Under the pieces are notes generated by a model that was not told the DNA's origin, searched no databases, and saw nothing but the letters and a program-made list of their open reading frames with translations. A stretch of DNA of 64,000 nucleotides. It comes from Candidatus Latescibacterota bacterium. GTDB taxonomy: Bacteria; Latescibacterota; UBA2968; GCA-2709665. Within the stretch, counting starts at the first letter, position 1. Every line of letters begins with the position of its first letter. A program made the translations under genes and the position numbers. The stretch is from assembly GCA_965198095.1 (NCBI GenBank), contig OZ240239.1, forward strand, positions 1,785,869-1,849,868, read 5' to 3'. Positions 8,666 to 17,430 of the stretch are shown here, one piece after another.

Positions 8666-8722
8666 GCGTCGCACGGAGATGGACCGGGCTCCCGGTTTCC
8701 CGTCGTGCGACGCTTTTATTTT
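8666..8722 (+). terminator. Rho-independent terminator or attenuator upstream of rplM
   Basis: GCGTCGCACGG...(inner hairpin ACCGGG/CCCGGT)...CCGTCGTGCGACGC followed by TTTTATTTT. Confidence 0.6.
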
Positions 8723-8823
8723 CAACAGGTTCGGGGTGCTTATTGCTTGACAAACAGGGGCGAAATCGTATCTTTAGAAGCTGGTTTGCTCAACCCCCGG
8801 CCCAAGGAGAAAATCTGATTCAA

Positions 8824-9288
8824 ATGAAGACGTTCAGCGCCAAGAAGGAGGCTGTGGAACGGAGGTGGTACGTCGCGGACGCGAGCGGACAGATCCTCGG
8901 TCGGTTCGCGAGTGAAATCGCCGGGATCCTCAGAGGGAAGCATAAGCCGATCTACACGCCTCACGTGGACACGGGTGACCACGTTGTGGTGATCAATGCA
9001 TCGGGCATCAGGGTCACAGGCAACAACAAGCCGGTCCAAAAGACCTACGCCCGTTACAGCGGCTACCCGAGCGGTCTCAAGAAGCAAACGTTGAGCGTGC
9101 TGCTCGACAAGCGCCCGGAGTTCGTAATTCAGCATGCCATAAAGGGGATGCTGCCGAAGAACCGGCTGGGTCGAAAGATGATCAAGAAGGTGCGGATCTA
9201 TGCCGGCCCTGACCATCCACATCAGGCCCAGAACCCGGATCCGATCGATATCGGCTCGACCCGATTGCGTGGAGGGGACCGTGAGTGA
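8824..9288 (+). CDS. rplM: 50S ribosomal protein L13
   Basis: [59 protein letters not shown]... ATG 8824 follows AAGGAG. Confidence 0.95.
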   Translation: MKTFSAKKEAVERRWYVADASGQILGRFASEIAGILRGKHKPIYTPHVDTGDHVVVINASGIRVTGNNKPVQKTYARYSGYPSGLKKQTLSVLLDKRPEFVIQHAIKGMLPKNRLGRKMIKKVRIYAGPDHPHQAQNPDPIDIGSTRLRGGDRE

Positions 9289-9673
9289 ATTGATCGCCTC
9301 GGCGACGGGCCGCCGGAAGCGGGCCACTGCCTACGTTGAGATCTTCGCGGGGTCCGGAAAGATCACGGTCAACGGAAGAGAGGCCCTGGATTATTTGAAG
9401 CGCGAGACGCTCGTGATGATTATCGGACAGCCGTTTGGCGTCACCGAAACGACGGGCGCCTACGACATTGTCGCCCGTACCAAAGGCGGCGGCTTGAGCG
9501 GCCAGGCCGGCGCGATTCGCCTGGGAATCGCGAGAGGGTTGGTGGCGATTGACGAGGAACTTAGAAGGCCTTTGCGCTCCGCAGGCCTGCTGACACGGGA
9601 TCCGAGAGTCGTGGAGCGACAGAAACCGGGACAGCCCGGTGCTCGGCGCCGCTTCCAGTTTTCCAAGCGGTAG
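9281..9673 (+). CDS. rpsI: 30S ribosomal protein S9
   Basis: [12 protein letters not shown]...[19 protein letters not shown]...[31 protein letters not shown] 9281 overlaps the rplM stop, with GGAGG upstream. Confidence 0.93.
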   Translation: MSELIASATGRRKRATAYVEIFAGSGKITVNGREALDYLKRETLVMIIGQPFGVTETTGAYDIVARTKGGGLSGQAGAIRLGIARGLVAIDEELRRPLRSAGLLTRDPRVVERQKPGQPGARRRFQFSKR

Positions 9674-9717
9674 GCTCGGGCTGCGTTCGAGACGGACTGT
9701 TGCTTGTTGGAGGTTGA

Positions 9718-10497
9718 ATGGCCGTTGCGACGATAAAAGAACTCCTCGGGGCCGGTGTGCACTTCGGACACCAGACCCGAAGGTGGAATCCGAAGATGAA
9801 GAAGTACATCTTCACCGAGCGCAACGGTATCTATGTCATTGACCTTCAAAAGACGCTGAAGCTGATCGACGCCGCCTACGAGGCCGTTCGCGATGCTGCG
9901 GAGAACGGTGAAGCAATCCTGTTCGTGGGCACGAAGAAGCAATCCAAGGAGATCGTCCGCCGAGAGGCCGAGCGGTGCGGGATGTTCCACGTCACGGAGC
10001 GCTGGCTGGGTGGCATGCTCACCAACTACCAGACGATACGGCAGTCCATCCGGCGTCTGGAGGCCCTCGACAAGATGAGCGGGGACGGCACGTACGAGCA
10101 TCTGACGAAGAAGGAAGTGCTTCAGCTGGAGGCGGAGCGCGAGAAACTTCAGAGAACTCTGAGCGGCATCCGGGACATGGGGCGCCTCCCGGGGCTCGCT
10201 GTTATTGTGGACACACGAAAAGAGAAGATCGCCGTCGGAGAGGCCAATCGATTGGAAATTCCGATCGTCGCCATCGTGGACACGAACTGTGATCCCGATG
10301 AGATCGCGTATCCGATTCCGGGCAACGACGATGCGATTCGGTCCATCATGCTGATCACCCGGACAATGACCGACGCCGTTCTCGAAGGCCAGAAAATGCG
10401 TGAGGAGCGGATCGGGCAGGCGTCCGCCGTGGCCGGGAAACCGGAGGCCGGCGCGATGGTGGGCACCGAGATTACCGAAATCGTAGATACGAGGTGA
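9718..10497 (+). CDS. rpsB: 30S ribosomal protein S2
   Basis: [46 protein letters not shown]... Confidence 0.96.
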   Translation: MAVATIKELLGAGVHFGHQTRRWNPKMKKYIFTERNGIYVIDLQKTLKLIDAAYEAVRDAAENGEAILFVGTKKQSKEIVRREAERCGMFHVTERWLGGMLTNYQTIRQSIRRLEALDKMSGDGTYEHLTKKEVLQLEAEREKLQRTLSGIRDMGRLPGLAVIVDTRKEKIAVGEANRLEIPIVAIVDTNCDPDEIAYPIPGNDDAIRSIMLITRTMTDAVLEGQKMREERIGQASAVAGKPEAGAMVGTEITEIVDTR

Positions 10498-10513
10498 TAT
10501 CTAAGGGCGGCTG

Positions 10514-11113
10514 ATGGGGATTTCTGCGAAACAGGTTCAGGCGCTGCGCCAGAAGACAAACGTCGGGATGATGGACTGCAAGCGGGCGCTCGAGGAGGCG
10601 AATGGGGACACGGAGAAGGCCGTTGAGATCCTGCGCACGCGGGGAATCGCCAAGTCCGAAGATCGGATGGGTCGGGTTGCCAGGGAGGGGGTCATTACGT
10701 CTTACATCCATACTGGAAACAAGCTTGGCGTCATGGTCGAGGTAAACAGTGAGACCGACTTCGTGGCGAGGACGGATGAATTTCAGGCGTTCGCCCGCGA
10801 TTTGGCCATGCACATCGCCGCGAGCGCGCCCCTGGCCGTGAGTCGAGATGATCTGAAGCCCGATCTGGTGGAAAGGGAGTGCGCGATCTACAAGGAGCAG
10901 GCTCTGAGGGAGGGGAAGCCCGAAGGGGTGGTTGACCGCATTGTAGAAGGACGCCTTGAGAAATATTTTGAAGATGCCTGCCTGCTGGAGCAGCCGTTTG
11001 TAAAAGATCCGGAGAAGACCATTAAGGACCTGCTGATGGAGCTGATTGCCAAGTGTGGTGAGAACGTCACGGTCCGGCGGTTCACGCGATTCGTGCTCGG
11101 AGAGGAAAGCTGA
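10514..11113 (+). CDS. tsf: Elongation factor Ts (short, about 200-aa form)
   Basis: ISAKQVQALRQKTNVGMMDCKRALEEANGDTEKAVEILRTRG...SYIHTGNKLGVMVEVNSETDFVAR... Confidence 0.93.
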   Translation: MGISAKQVQALRQKTNVGMMDCKRALEEANGDTEKAVEILRTRGIAKSEDRMGRVAREGVITSYIHTGNKLGVMVEVNSETDFVARTDEFQAFARDLAMHIAASAPLAVSRDDLKPDLVERECAIYKEQALREGKPEGVVDRIVEGRLEKYFEDACLLEQPFVKDPEKTIKDLLMELIAKCGENVTVRRFTRFVLGEES

Positions 11114-11121
11114 GGAAGGAT

Positions 11122-11679
11122 ATGGTCAAAGAGGTTCTCTCGGAGACCAGTAAAGAGATGCGAAAATCGGTGGAGGCCTTCCAGAACGAGATCCTCACCG
11201 TCCGGACCGGGCGGGCGAACGTGGCCCTCCTTGACAGCATTCGAGTGGACTACTACGGGTCTCGCGTGCCGATCAATCAGGTGGCCAACGTGGGCGTACC
11301 GGAATCCCGTTTGATCGTGATCCAACCCTGGGACAGGACGATCATCCCTCAGATCGAAAGGGGAATCATGAGTTCGAGCCTCGGCCTCGTTCCCAGCAAC
11401 GACGGGACCAACATCCGACTTCCGATTCCGCAATTGACGGAAGAACGTCGAAGGGATCTGGTGAAGGTTGTTCGGCAGATGGCCGAAGAAGGGCGCATCT
11501 CCGTTCGGAATGCCCGCCGGGCCGCGAACGACCTGCTGAAGGTGGCCCAGAAAGAGGGGGAGGTACCGGAGGACGAATCCAAGAGGGGACAGGGTGAGGT
11601 GCAAAAGCTGACCGACCAATTCGTGAAAGAGGTCGACCGGATTCTGGCGGAAAAGGAAGCGGAGATCATGGAAGTTTGA
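11122..11679 (+). CDS. frr: Ribosome recycling factor
   Basis: ...EAFQNEILTVRTGRANVALLDSIRVDYYGSRVPINQVANV...IQPWD...LPIPQLTEERRRDLVK... Confidence 0.95.
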   Translation: MVKEVLSETSKEMRKSVEAFQNEILTVRTGRANVALLDSIRVDYYGSRVPINQVANVGVPESRLIVIQPWDRTIIPQIERGIMSSSLGLVPSNDGTNIRLPIPQLTEERRRDLVKVVRQMAEEGRISVRNARRAANDLLKVAQKEGEVPEDESKRGQGEVQKLTDQFVKEVDRILAEKEAEIMEV

Positions 11680-11703
11680 GCACCTTTCACCCGCCGTGTG
11701 CAT

Positions 11704-11741
11704 CGCCGCTTCCGGGAAGACTGGAGGCGGCGTTTTTCGTT
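11704..11741 (+). terminator. Rho-independent terminator after frr
   Basis: CGCCGCTTCC-gggaagact-GGAGGCGGCG followed by TTTTTCGTTT. Confidence 0.65.
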
Positions 11742-11763
11742 TCGCGCGCCGCGTAGGACCGTT

Positions 11764-11792
11764 TTGACATTGTCCGAACGAGAATGTATATT
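11764..11792 (+). promoter_or_regulatory. Consensus-like promoter for dapL (TTGACA-17-TATATT)
   Basis: TTGACA 11764..11769, 17-nt spacer, TATATT 11787..11792, about 20 nt upstream of the dapL ATG. Confidence 0.55.
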
Positions 11793-11812
11793 CCGACGTT
11801 TCCGGGATCCCC

Positions 11813-13048
11813 ATGGCTCGCATCAACCAAAATTTCAACAAGTTGGTTTCAGGTTACCTCTTCCCTGAGATCGCGAGAAGGACTCAGGCCTTCGCGGCGT
11901 CGAATCCGGGTGTGGAGGTGATGCGCCTAGGGATCGGGGATACGACCGAACCGTTGACGCCGGCGGTGCTTTCCGCACTCCAAAGAGGGGTCGGGAAGCT
12001 CGGCTCGGCGGAGACCTACACCGGTTACGGGGACAGCTGCTCGGAAGGAAGTCTCGAACTGAGAGAGGCGCTTTCCACGCAATATCGAAAGCTGGGTGCC
12101 CGAGTGGACCCGGACGAGATCTTCGTCAGCGACGGGGCCAAGTCCGACTCGGCCAATATCCAATCGATTTTTAGCCTGGACAACGTGGTGGCCGTGCAAG
12201 ACCCGTCCTATCCGGTTTACGTAGACAGCAATGTGATGGCGGGCCGGACGGGGCGCTACGTGGAGGATCAGTACGAGGGGCTGGTCTACATGTCGTGCAC
12301 CGAAGAGAACGGATTTTTTCCGGAGCTGCCTGAACGGAAGGTCGACCTGATCTACATCTGCAGCCCGAACAATCCGACCGGTGCGGTGGCAACCCGGGAG
12401 GCCCTGGAACGTCTCGTGGCGTTCGCGCGCGCACACCTTGCCGTCATCCTTTTCGACGCGGCCTACGCGCCTTATATCTCGGACCCGAACCTGCCGAAGA
12501 GCATCTACGAAATCCCCGGAGCCAAGCACTGCGCGATCGAGGTGAACAGCTTTTCCAAGATTGCGGGCTTCACGGGCGTCAGGCTGGGCTGGAGCGTGGT
12601 TCCGGCCGACCTGGTGGCGGAAGATGCCGAGCCTGGGAAGCTGAGATCGATGTGGGCCCGAAGACAGAATACGGCCTTCAACGGGGCCTCCAACATCGTG
12701 CAGGAAGGTGGGCTCGGCGTCCTCACGGAGGCGGGACAGCGTGAGTGCCGGGCGCTCGCAAGCTACTACATGGAGAACGCGAGACTGATTCGACAGGCGC
12801 TCGAGGCCTTGGACTTCGAGGTGTTCGGGGGAAGGCACGCACCCTACGTGTGGATGCGGACGCCCCGTGACATGAGTTCGTGGGCGTTCTTCGACAAGCT
12901 CTTGAGCGAGGCGCACGTCGTGGGTACGCCCGGGTCCGGGTTCGGTCCGGGCGGGGAAGGTTATTTCAGGCTCAGCGCCTTCGGGCATCGGGAAGATGTG
13001 GAGCGGGCGGTCACGTGTATACAGGCGAATCTCAGGTTGTCGCCTTGA
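11813..13048 (+). CDS. dapL: LL-diaminopimelate aminotransferase
   Basis: MARINQNFNKLVSGYLFPEIARR...MRLGIGDTTEPL...YGDSCSEGS..LREA...NSFSKIAGFTGVRLGW (PLP Lys context). The N-terminal INxNYxKLxxGYLFPEI signature is characteristic of DapL. Confidence 0.85.
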   Translation: MARINQNFNKLVSGYLFPEIARRTQAFAASNPGVEVMRLGIGDTTEPLTPAVLSALQRGVGKLGSAETYTGYGDSCSEGSLELREALSTQYRKLGARVDPDEIFVSDGAKSDSANIQSIFSLDNVVAVQDPSYPVYVDSNVMAGRTGRYVEDQYEGLVYMSCTEENGFFPELPERKVDLIYICSPNNPTGAVATREALERLVAFARAHLAVILFDAAYAPYISDPNLPKSIYEIPGAKHCAIEVNSFSKIAGFTGVRLGWSVVPADLVAEDAEPGKLRSMWARRQNTAFNGASNIVQEGGLGVLTEAGQRECRALASYYMENARLIRQALEALDFEVFGGRHAPYVWMRTPRDMSSWAFFDKLLSEAHVVGTPGSGFGPGGEGYFRLSAFGHREDVERAVTCIQANLRLSP

Positions 13049-13076
13049 TCCGAATCGACGTTGAAGGGTGTGCTGA

Positions 13077-14024
13077 ATGATGGTGCGGGCGCTTCGATTT
13101 TCGATCGTACTGTTTCTCGTTCCGGCCGGCCTGATCGCAAAGGAGGCTGCGCCGCCCCAGGTGGCCCTCCAGTTCGTCGCTTCGTTCGGCCAGGAGGGAA
13201 GCGGCGAGCGGCACTTCCATCAGCCCGGGGGGATTGCCGTCGGACCGTTCGGCGTGGTTTATGTCGCAGATACGGGCAACGACCGGGTTCAGAAGTTTGA
13301 TTCGAAAGGAAACTACCTCGCGGAAGTGGGCGGGTTCGGCTGGGAGGACGCCCAGTTCAACGAGCCGGTCGGCCTGGCCACGGTCCGGGGGATCAAGATC
13401 CACGTTGCCGACCGGGGAAACAACCGGATTCAAATCTTTGGTTCTCACCTCCAGCTCCTGGCGGTCGTGGGGGGTCGGGACGTGGAAAGCCCGCTCCCCC
13501 TGGCTTCACTCGGCGGCATCGCCGTATCGCAGGACGGCGAGATTTATGTGAGTGACACCGACGCCGACCAGGTGATACAGATCAGCACCTACAAGGCCTC
13601 GGATCGAACGTTTGGCGGATACGGATACGGTTCTGGCAGACTGCGCCGACCTCTCGGGATCGCCGTGGGCGAGAACGGGGAGGTCTACGTGTGCGACAGC
13701 GAAAACGGGCGCGTCGCCGCGTTCGACGCATTCGGAAACTTCACGGGGAGTCTGGGTGACGGGTCACTTTCGGAGCCCAGCGGGGTCTGCCTCGGGCCCA
13801 AGCAGACGCTCTTCGTCGCGGACACCGGTCACCACCGGATCGTGGTGTATGACTTGAAGGGCATGGCCTACGTGGATCGGATCGGGGGCCCCAAGGCAGG
13901 GGATGAGCCTCGGACCTTCAAGCATCCAAGGGGGGTGGCGATGGGTCCCGACGACACGCTCTTCGTATTGGATTCAGGAAACAGTCGCATCCAGATGTTT
14001 CGCGTTCTCGTTCTGCGAAAGTGA
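13077..14024 (+). CDS. Secreted NHL-repeat beta-propeller protein
   Basis: Signal-like N-terminus (MMVRALRFSIVLFLVPAGLIA). Six repeats of the type GIAVGPFGVVYVADTGNDRVQKFDSKGNY / HVADRGNNRIQIF / YVCDSENGRVAAFD / FVADTGHHRIVVYD / FVLDSGNSRIQMF. Confidence 0.8.
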   Translation: MMVRALRFSIVLFLVPAGLIAKEAAPPQVALQFVASFGQEGSGERHFHQPGGIAVGPFGVVYVADTGNDRVQKFDSKGNYLAEVGGFGWEDAQFNEPVGLATVRGIKIHVADRGNNRIQIFGSHLQLLAVVGGRDVESPLPLASLGGIAVSQDGEIYVSDTDADQVIQISTYKASDRTFGGYGYGSGRLRRPLGIAVGENGEVYVCDSENGRVAAFDAFGNFTGSLGDGSLSEPSGVCLGPKQTLFVADTGHHRIVVYDLKGMAYVDRIGGPKAGDEPRTFKHPRGVAMGPDDTLFVLDSGNSRIQMFRVLVLRK

Positions 14025-14218
14025 ATGAAGCGGGACACGGATTCAGATACCGGGATATTCTGCCGAGAGGCAGGTATCCCTTTTTCATTCCACGCCTCCC
14101 TGCGTCCGTTTTTCCGAGTCGGCATCGGTCAGACGTCGCGAGACTTGCCGCGTGGCAGGCCGCATCGACGTTGACGGGCAGACCCTCTTCCGAGAGATCG
14201 GCGCCCGAAGCAGATCCC

Positions 14219-17200
14219 ATGGCACGACGTTCCCCTGACAGACGCCTCGCGTTCCTGCTTCTGCTCAGCCTGTACGGCGCAGCCTGGGGCGACGTCCGGC
14301 CGGAGGCGTCGGTCACGCTGTTCGACGCGGAGCGCACCTTCAGGGCGGACGGGAGTCGAGGTCCGTATCGCGTTTCCGAACGCCCGATTCTTGTCGGCTC
14401 CGAAGCGGTCTGGGTGGCGGGCCGCCGGCAGCAGCGGGGTCTGGATTACCTGATCGAGGAGGACAAGGCCCTGCTGCGATTCTTCGAGGATCTTGCGAGG
14501 GGGACGTCCATCACGGTGAGGTTCCGGCAGCTTCCTCAGGTGCTGCGCCAGGTTTACCGGCGACGGCAGGACGCCGAGCGGACGATCGAAGCGCGTCGCT
14601 CGAACGGCCGCGCCCGCAGCGTCAAACGATACCCGGCGAGGAAGACGACGACTCGGAAGGTCGTCGCGGAACCGAGGCTGGAGATCGGCGGGAGCAAGCG
14701 CATTCAGGTCTCCATGAGCTCCGATCGGGGTGCGGAATTGAACCAGTCGCTACGAGTCCAGGTCTCCGGAGAGGTCGCCGAGGGCGTGGAGCTGCTTGCG
14801 ATGCTCTCCGATAGAACGCTTCCGTTACATGCCGAGGGCCGCACCAAGAGCCTGCGAGAGATCGATCGGATCCATTTTCAGGTGAGGTCCAGATCGATCA
14901 AAGCAGGGCTCGGAGACCAGGATATCGTGTTTGACGAGACGACGTTCGGACGATATCGGAGACAGCTGCAGGGCGCCAGCATGGCGTTTGCGCTCCCGCA
15001 CGGGACAGTCAGGGCCTTTGGCGCCGTATCGAGGGGTCGATCGGTTTCTCGCCGCCTGGCCCCGGTCGAGGGCTATCAGGGCCCCTACCGGCTTTCGGGC
15101 GCCGACGCAGGAGACGCCTCCGTTGAGATCGTGCCCGGATCGGAGCGCGTCTACCTGAACGGACGGAAGCTGAGGCGCGGAGAAGGGCAGGACTATGTGG
15201 TGGACTACGAGCGGGGTCTGCTGACCTTTACGCCCTTCCGTCCGATCTCCCTGGAGTCTCGGATCACGGTGACGTATCAGTACGTGCACGACGGGCATAA
15301 GCGCCGGTTGATGGGGCTGCGGAGCGCCCTCGACCTGTCCGAGGGGCGGCTTCGGATCGGGACGACGTTCATCAGGGAGTCGGACCTGCCGATCGGGAGC
15401 GGGGAAGATCCCGGCCTGCCGTCTCGTCACAAGGTGACGGTGCTGGACGCCTCTTATGCACCGTTTCGGGGGATGAGGCTGGACGGTGAGGTCGGCTTGA
15501 GCGCCGGGCGTCCCGGCGCGCCGGAATCGGGTGTCCGGGATCGCCGAGGCCGCGCCTTCCGGTTTGGTGCCGACCTCGCTCCCGGGCCGCTGAGCCTGTC
15601 GGGGCTGGATGTCGGGCGTGTTCGACTGCGCACCGATTACCGACAGGTCGGATCGGGGTTTGCGGCGTTCGATCGAATCGATCCGGTGGAGGTCGAAGGG
15701 AAGTGGGGATGGCGCCCGAACGGGGAACGACAGGGCGAACGGTCTGGAGAGCTGGCCCTGGAATACGTGCCCCGGACCGGGATGAAGATGAACGTGAGCT
15801 ATGGGCGCAGAGACGGACACGATCCGGCATCGAGACGGGAGATCGGGTTCGACCTCTCTCGTGCAGGCGCTCCGAGGGTCAGCTATCTGTTTGAAGCGGT
15901 CTCGCGAGGGGTGGGAAGGCAGGTTCGCCAACGCGGAGAACTCTCCGGAACGATCCGGGGCGTCCGACCTCGCTTTCGCTTTCGATCCGAAACGGCGCTG
16001 GGCGAAGCGGTGGCCCACGCGTCGATTTTTTATGCCTCATCGCCTGGAGGCTTCGACGTGCCGGAGGGGGTGAAGACCCGGGAGATGAGGTGGGAGGTGA
16101 GCACGGGAGACGCCAAAAGATGGTCCTGGACGACCGATCTCGGGCTCAAACAGACACGACGATTGCGTGGCGCGTGGCAGGACAGCCTGAAGCGCTGGTC
16201 GCTTGTCAACCGGGTCAGTCTGAGGGGTTGGAAAGACCTTTCCCTGTCGGGATCCTACGGCCGAACCCGATCTCTCACGCCCCGAAGCTCCGATCGCGAT
16301 ACCGACCTGGCCAGCGTCCGCCTGTCCTATGCCCCCTTTTCCGGCGCACTCTCGCAGCAGGTCAGCTACCGGATATCGACGACCGGTACGCCCAGGCGCA
16401 AATCGGTCTTCGTGTTCGTGGGCCGGGGAAAGGGGCGTTATCTCTGGGAAGACGTGGATGGCGACGGGGTGAAGGACCACGAGGAGTTCGTGCCGGACGC
16501 CCACGGCGACTTTGATCCTTACTACGGGTTCGAAGGCGGGTTTCAACCGGTTCGTGAGGCAGCCCTCGCGCTTCGGTTCGAGGTTGCCGGCCGCCGTCTC
16601 TTGAGGTCACCTGGCGCGCCGTGGCAGCGTTTCCTGTCGGGGCTGTCCGCCGACCTCTCGCTGGAGGCCGCGCGAAAGGTCTTTCCGGGCGCGCGCGGCG
16701 CGGCCCCGTGGGACCTGACACGATTCCGAGCAGGGCCGGAGGTCTTCGACGCGTTCCGGGAACGGCGCGTGAGGCTGTATCTGTTCCGGCATCACCGGCG
16801 GGCCTCCTTCCGGATCAGTTCGAGAAGGCGCAGCGGCCTGGATCGTGGCCTTTCAGAAGACGGGCTGACCCATCTCTCGGAATGGGATGCGCGCGGCCGG
16901 CTTCGACTCGGCACGGGCCTCGATCTGGAGACCGGTTTCACCGACGGGCGGCGCCGTCGTGAAGGGACGGGACCGTTTGCCTACGGGATCGAATCGAGGG
17001 GCGTTTCCGTGCTGGGGCAATGGCGGATTGACCGGGGGTGGCGGACCGGCCTGCGCCTGGGGATGGGGTGGGACGAGGAAGATGTCCGGGGATTGAAGGC
17101 GCAGGTCTTTTCCCTGGGGCCGGAGCTCCAGCGGGCGCTGCCGGGAAGAGGCAGGGTCCGGGGGCGCCTGAACTGGGTGCGCGTCTCCAGCTCGGAACCG

Positions 17201-17380
17201 ATGCCCCTCTTCCTGCAGCTGGCCCAAGGAAATCGGCAGGGACAGAACGTGGTCTGGCGTCTCGGCCTGGACTACCGGCTGGCGAGGTATCTGACGGCAT
17301 TCGCCACCTACGACGGTCGGGTGCGGCCGGAGCGTCCGGCGATCCACACCGGCCGCGTTGAAATGCGGGCCACGTTCTGA
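14219..17380 (+). CDS. Large (1053 aa) uncharacterised secreted protein, predicted outer-membrane beta-barrel
   Basis: ATG 14219 gives a signal peptide (MARRSPDRRLAFLLLLSLYGAAWG). The C-terminus LDYRLARYLTAFATYDGRVRP...GRVEMRATF has alternating hydrophobic strands and a terminal Phe typical of OMPs. No family recognised. The ORF-track start 14021 is rejected. Confidence 0.6.
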   Translation: MARRSPDRRLAFLLLLSLYGAAWGDVRPEASVTLFDAERTFRADGSRGPYRVSERPILVGSEAVWVAGRRQQRGLDYLIEEDKALLRFFEDLARGTSITVRFRQLPQVLRQVYRRRQDAERTIEARRSNGRARSVKRYPARKTTTRKVVAEPRLEIGGSKRIQVSMSSDRGAELNQSLRVQVSGEVAEGVELLAMLSDRTLPLHAEGRTKSLREIDRIHFQVRSRSIKAGLGDQDIVFDETTFGRYRRQLQGASMAFALPHGTVRAFGAVSRGRSVSRRLAPVEGYQGPYRLSGADAGDASVEIVPGSERVYLNGRKLRRGEGQDYVVDYERGLLTFTPFRPISLESRITVTYQYVHDGHKRRLMGLRSALDLSEGRLRIGTTFIRESDLPIGSGEDPGLPSRHKVTVLDASYAPFRGMRLDGEVGLSAGRPGAPESGVRDRRGRAFRFGADLAPGPLSLSGLDVGRVRLRTDYRQVGSGFAAFDRIDPVEVEGKWGWRPNGERQGERSGELALEYVPRTGMKMNVSYGRRDGHDPASRREIGFDLSRAGAPRVSYLFEAVSRGVGRQVRQRGELSGTIRGVRPRFRFRSETALGEAVAHASIFYASSPGGFDVPEGVKTREMRWEVSTGDAKRWSWTTDLGLKQTRRLRGAWQDSLKRWSLVNRVSLRGWKDLSLSGSYGRTRSLTPRSSDRDTDLASVRLSYAPFSGALSQQVSYRISTTGTPRRKSVFVFVGRGKGRYLWEDVDGDGVKDHEEFVPDAHGDFDPYYGFEGGFQPVREAALALRFEVAGRRLLRSPGAPWQRFLSGLSADLSLEAARKVFPGARGAAPWDLTRFRAGPEVFDAFRERRVRLYLFRHHRRASFRISSRRRSGLDRGLSEDGLTHLSEWDARGRLRLGTGLDLETGFTDGRRRREGTGPFAYGIESRGVSVLGQWRIDRGWRTGLRLGMGWDEEDVRGLKAQVFSLGPELQRALPGRGRVRGRLNWVRVSSSEPMPLFLQLAQGNRQGQNVVWRLGLDYRLARYLTAFATYDGRVRPERPAIHTGRVEMRATF

Positions 17381-17430
17381 GCGCACGGATCGACCTTGGG
17401 AGATGGGCCGATTCGCGGACCCACAAGATA

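Noticed and set aside
8525-8818. 97-aa ORF upstream of rplM.
   Set aside because: It runs straight through a strong terminator hairpin and the rplM promoter and SD. The composition is not protein-like.
14021-14218. Upstream start of the 1119-aa ORF overlapping the NHL gene stop.
   Set aside because: The first 66 residues lack signal-peptide character. ATG 14219 gives a canonical signal peptide (RRLAFLLLLSLYGAAWG).
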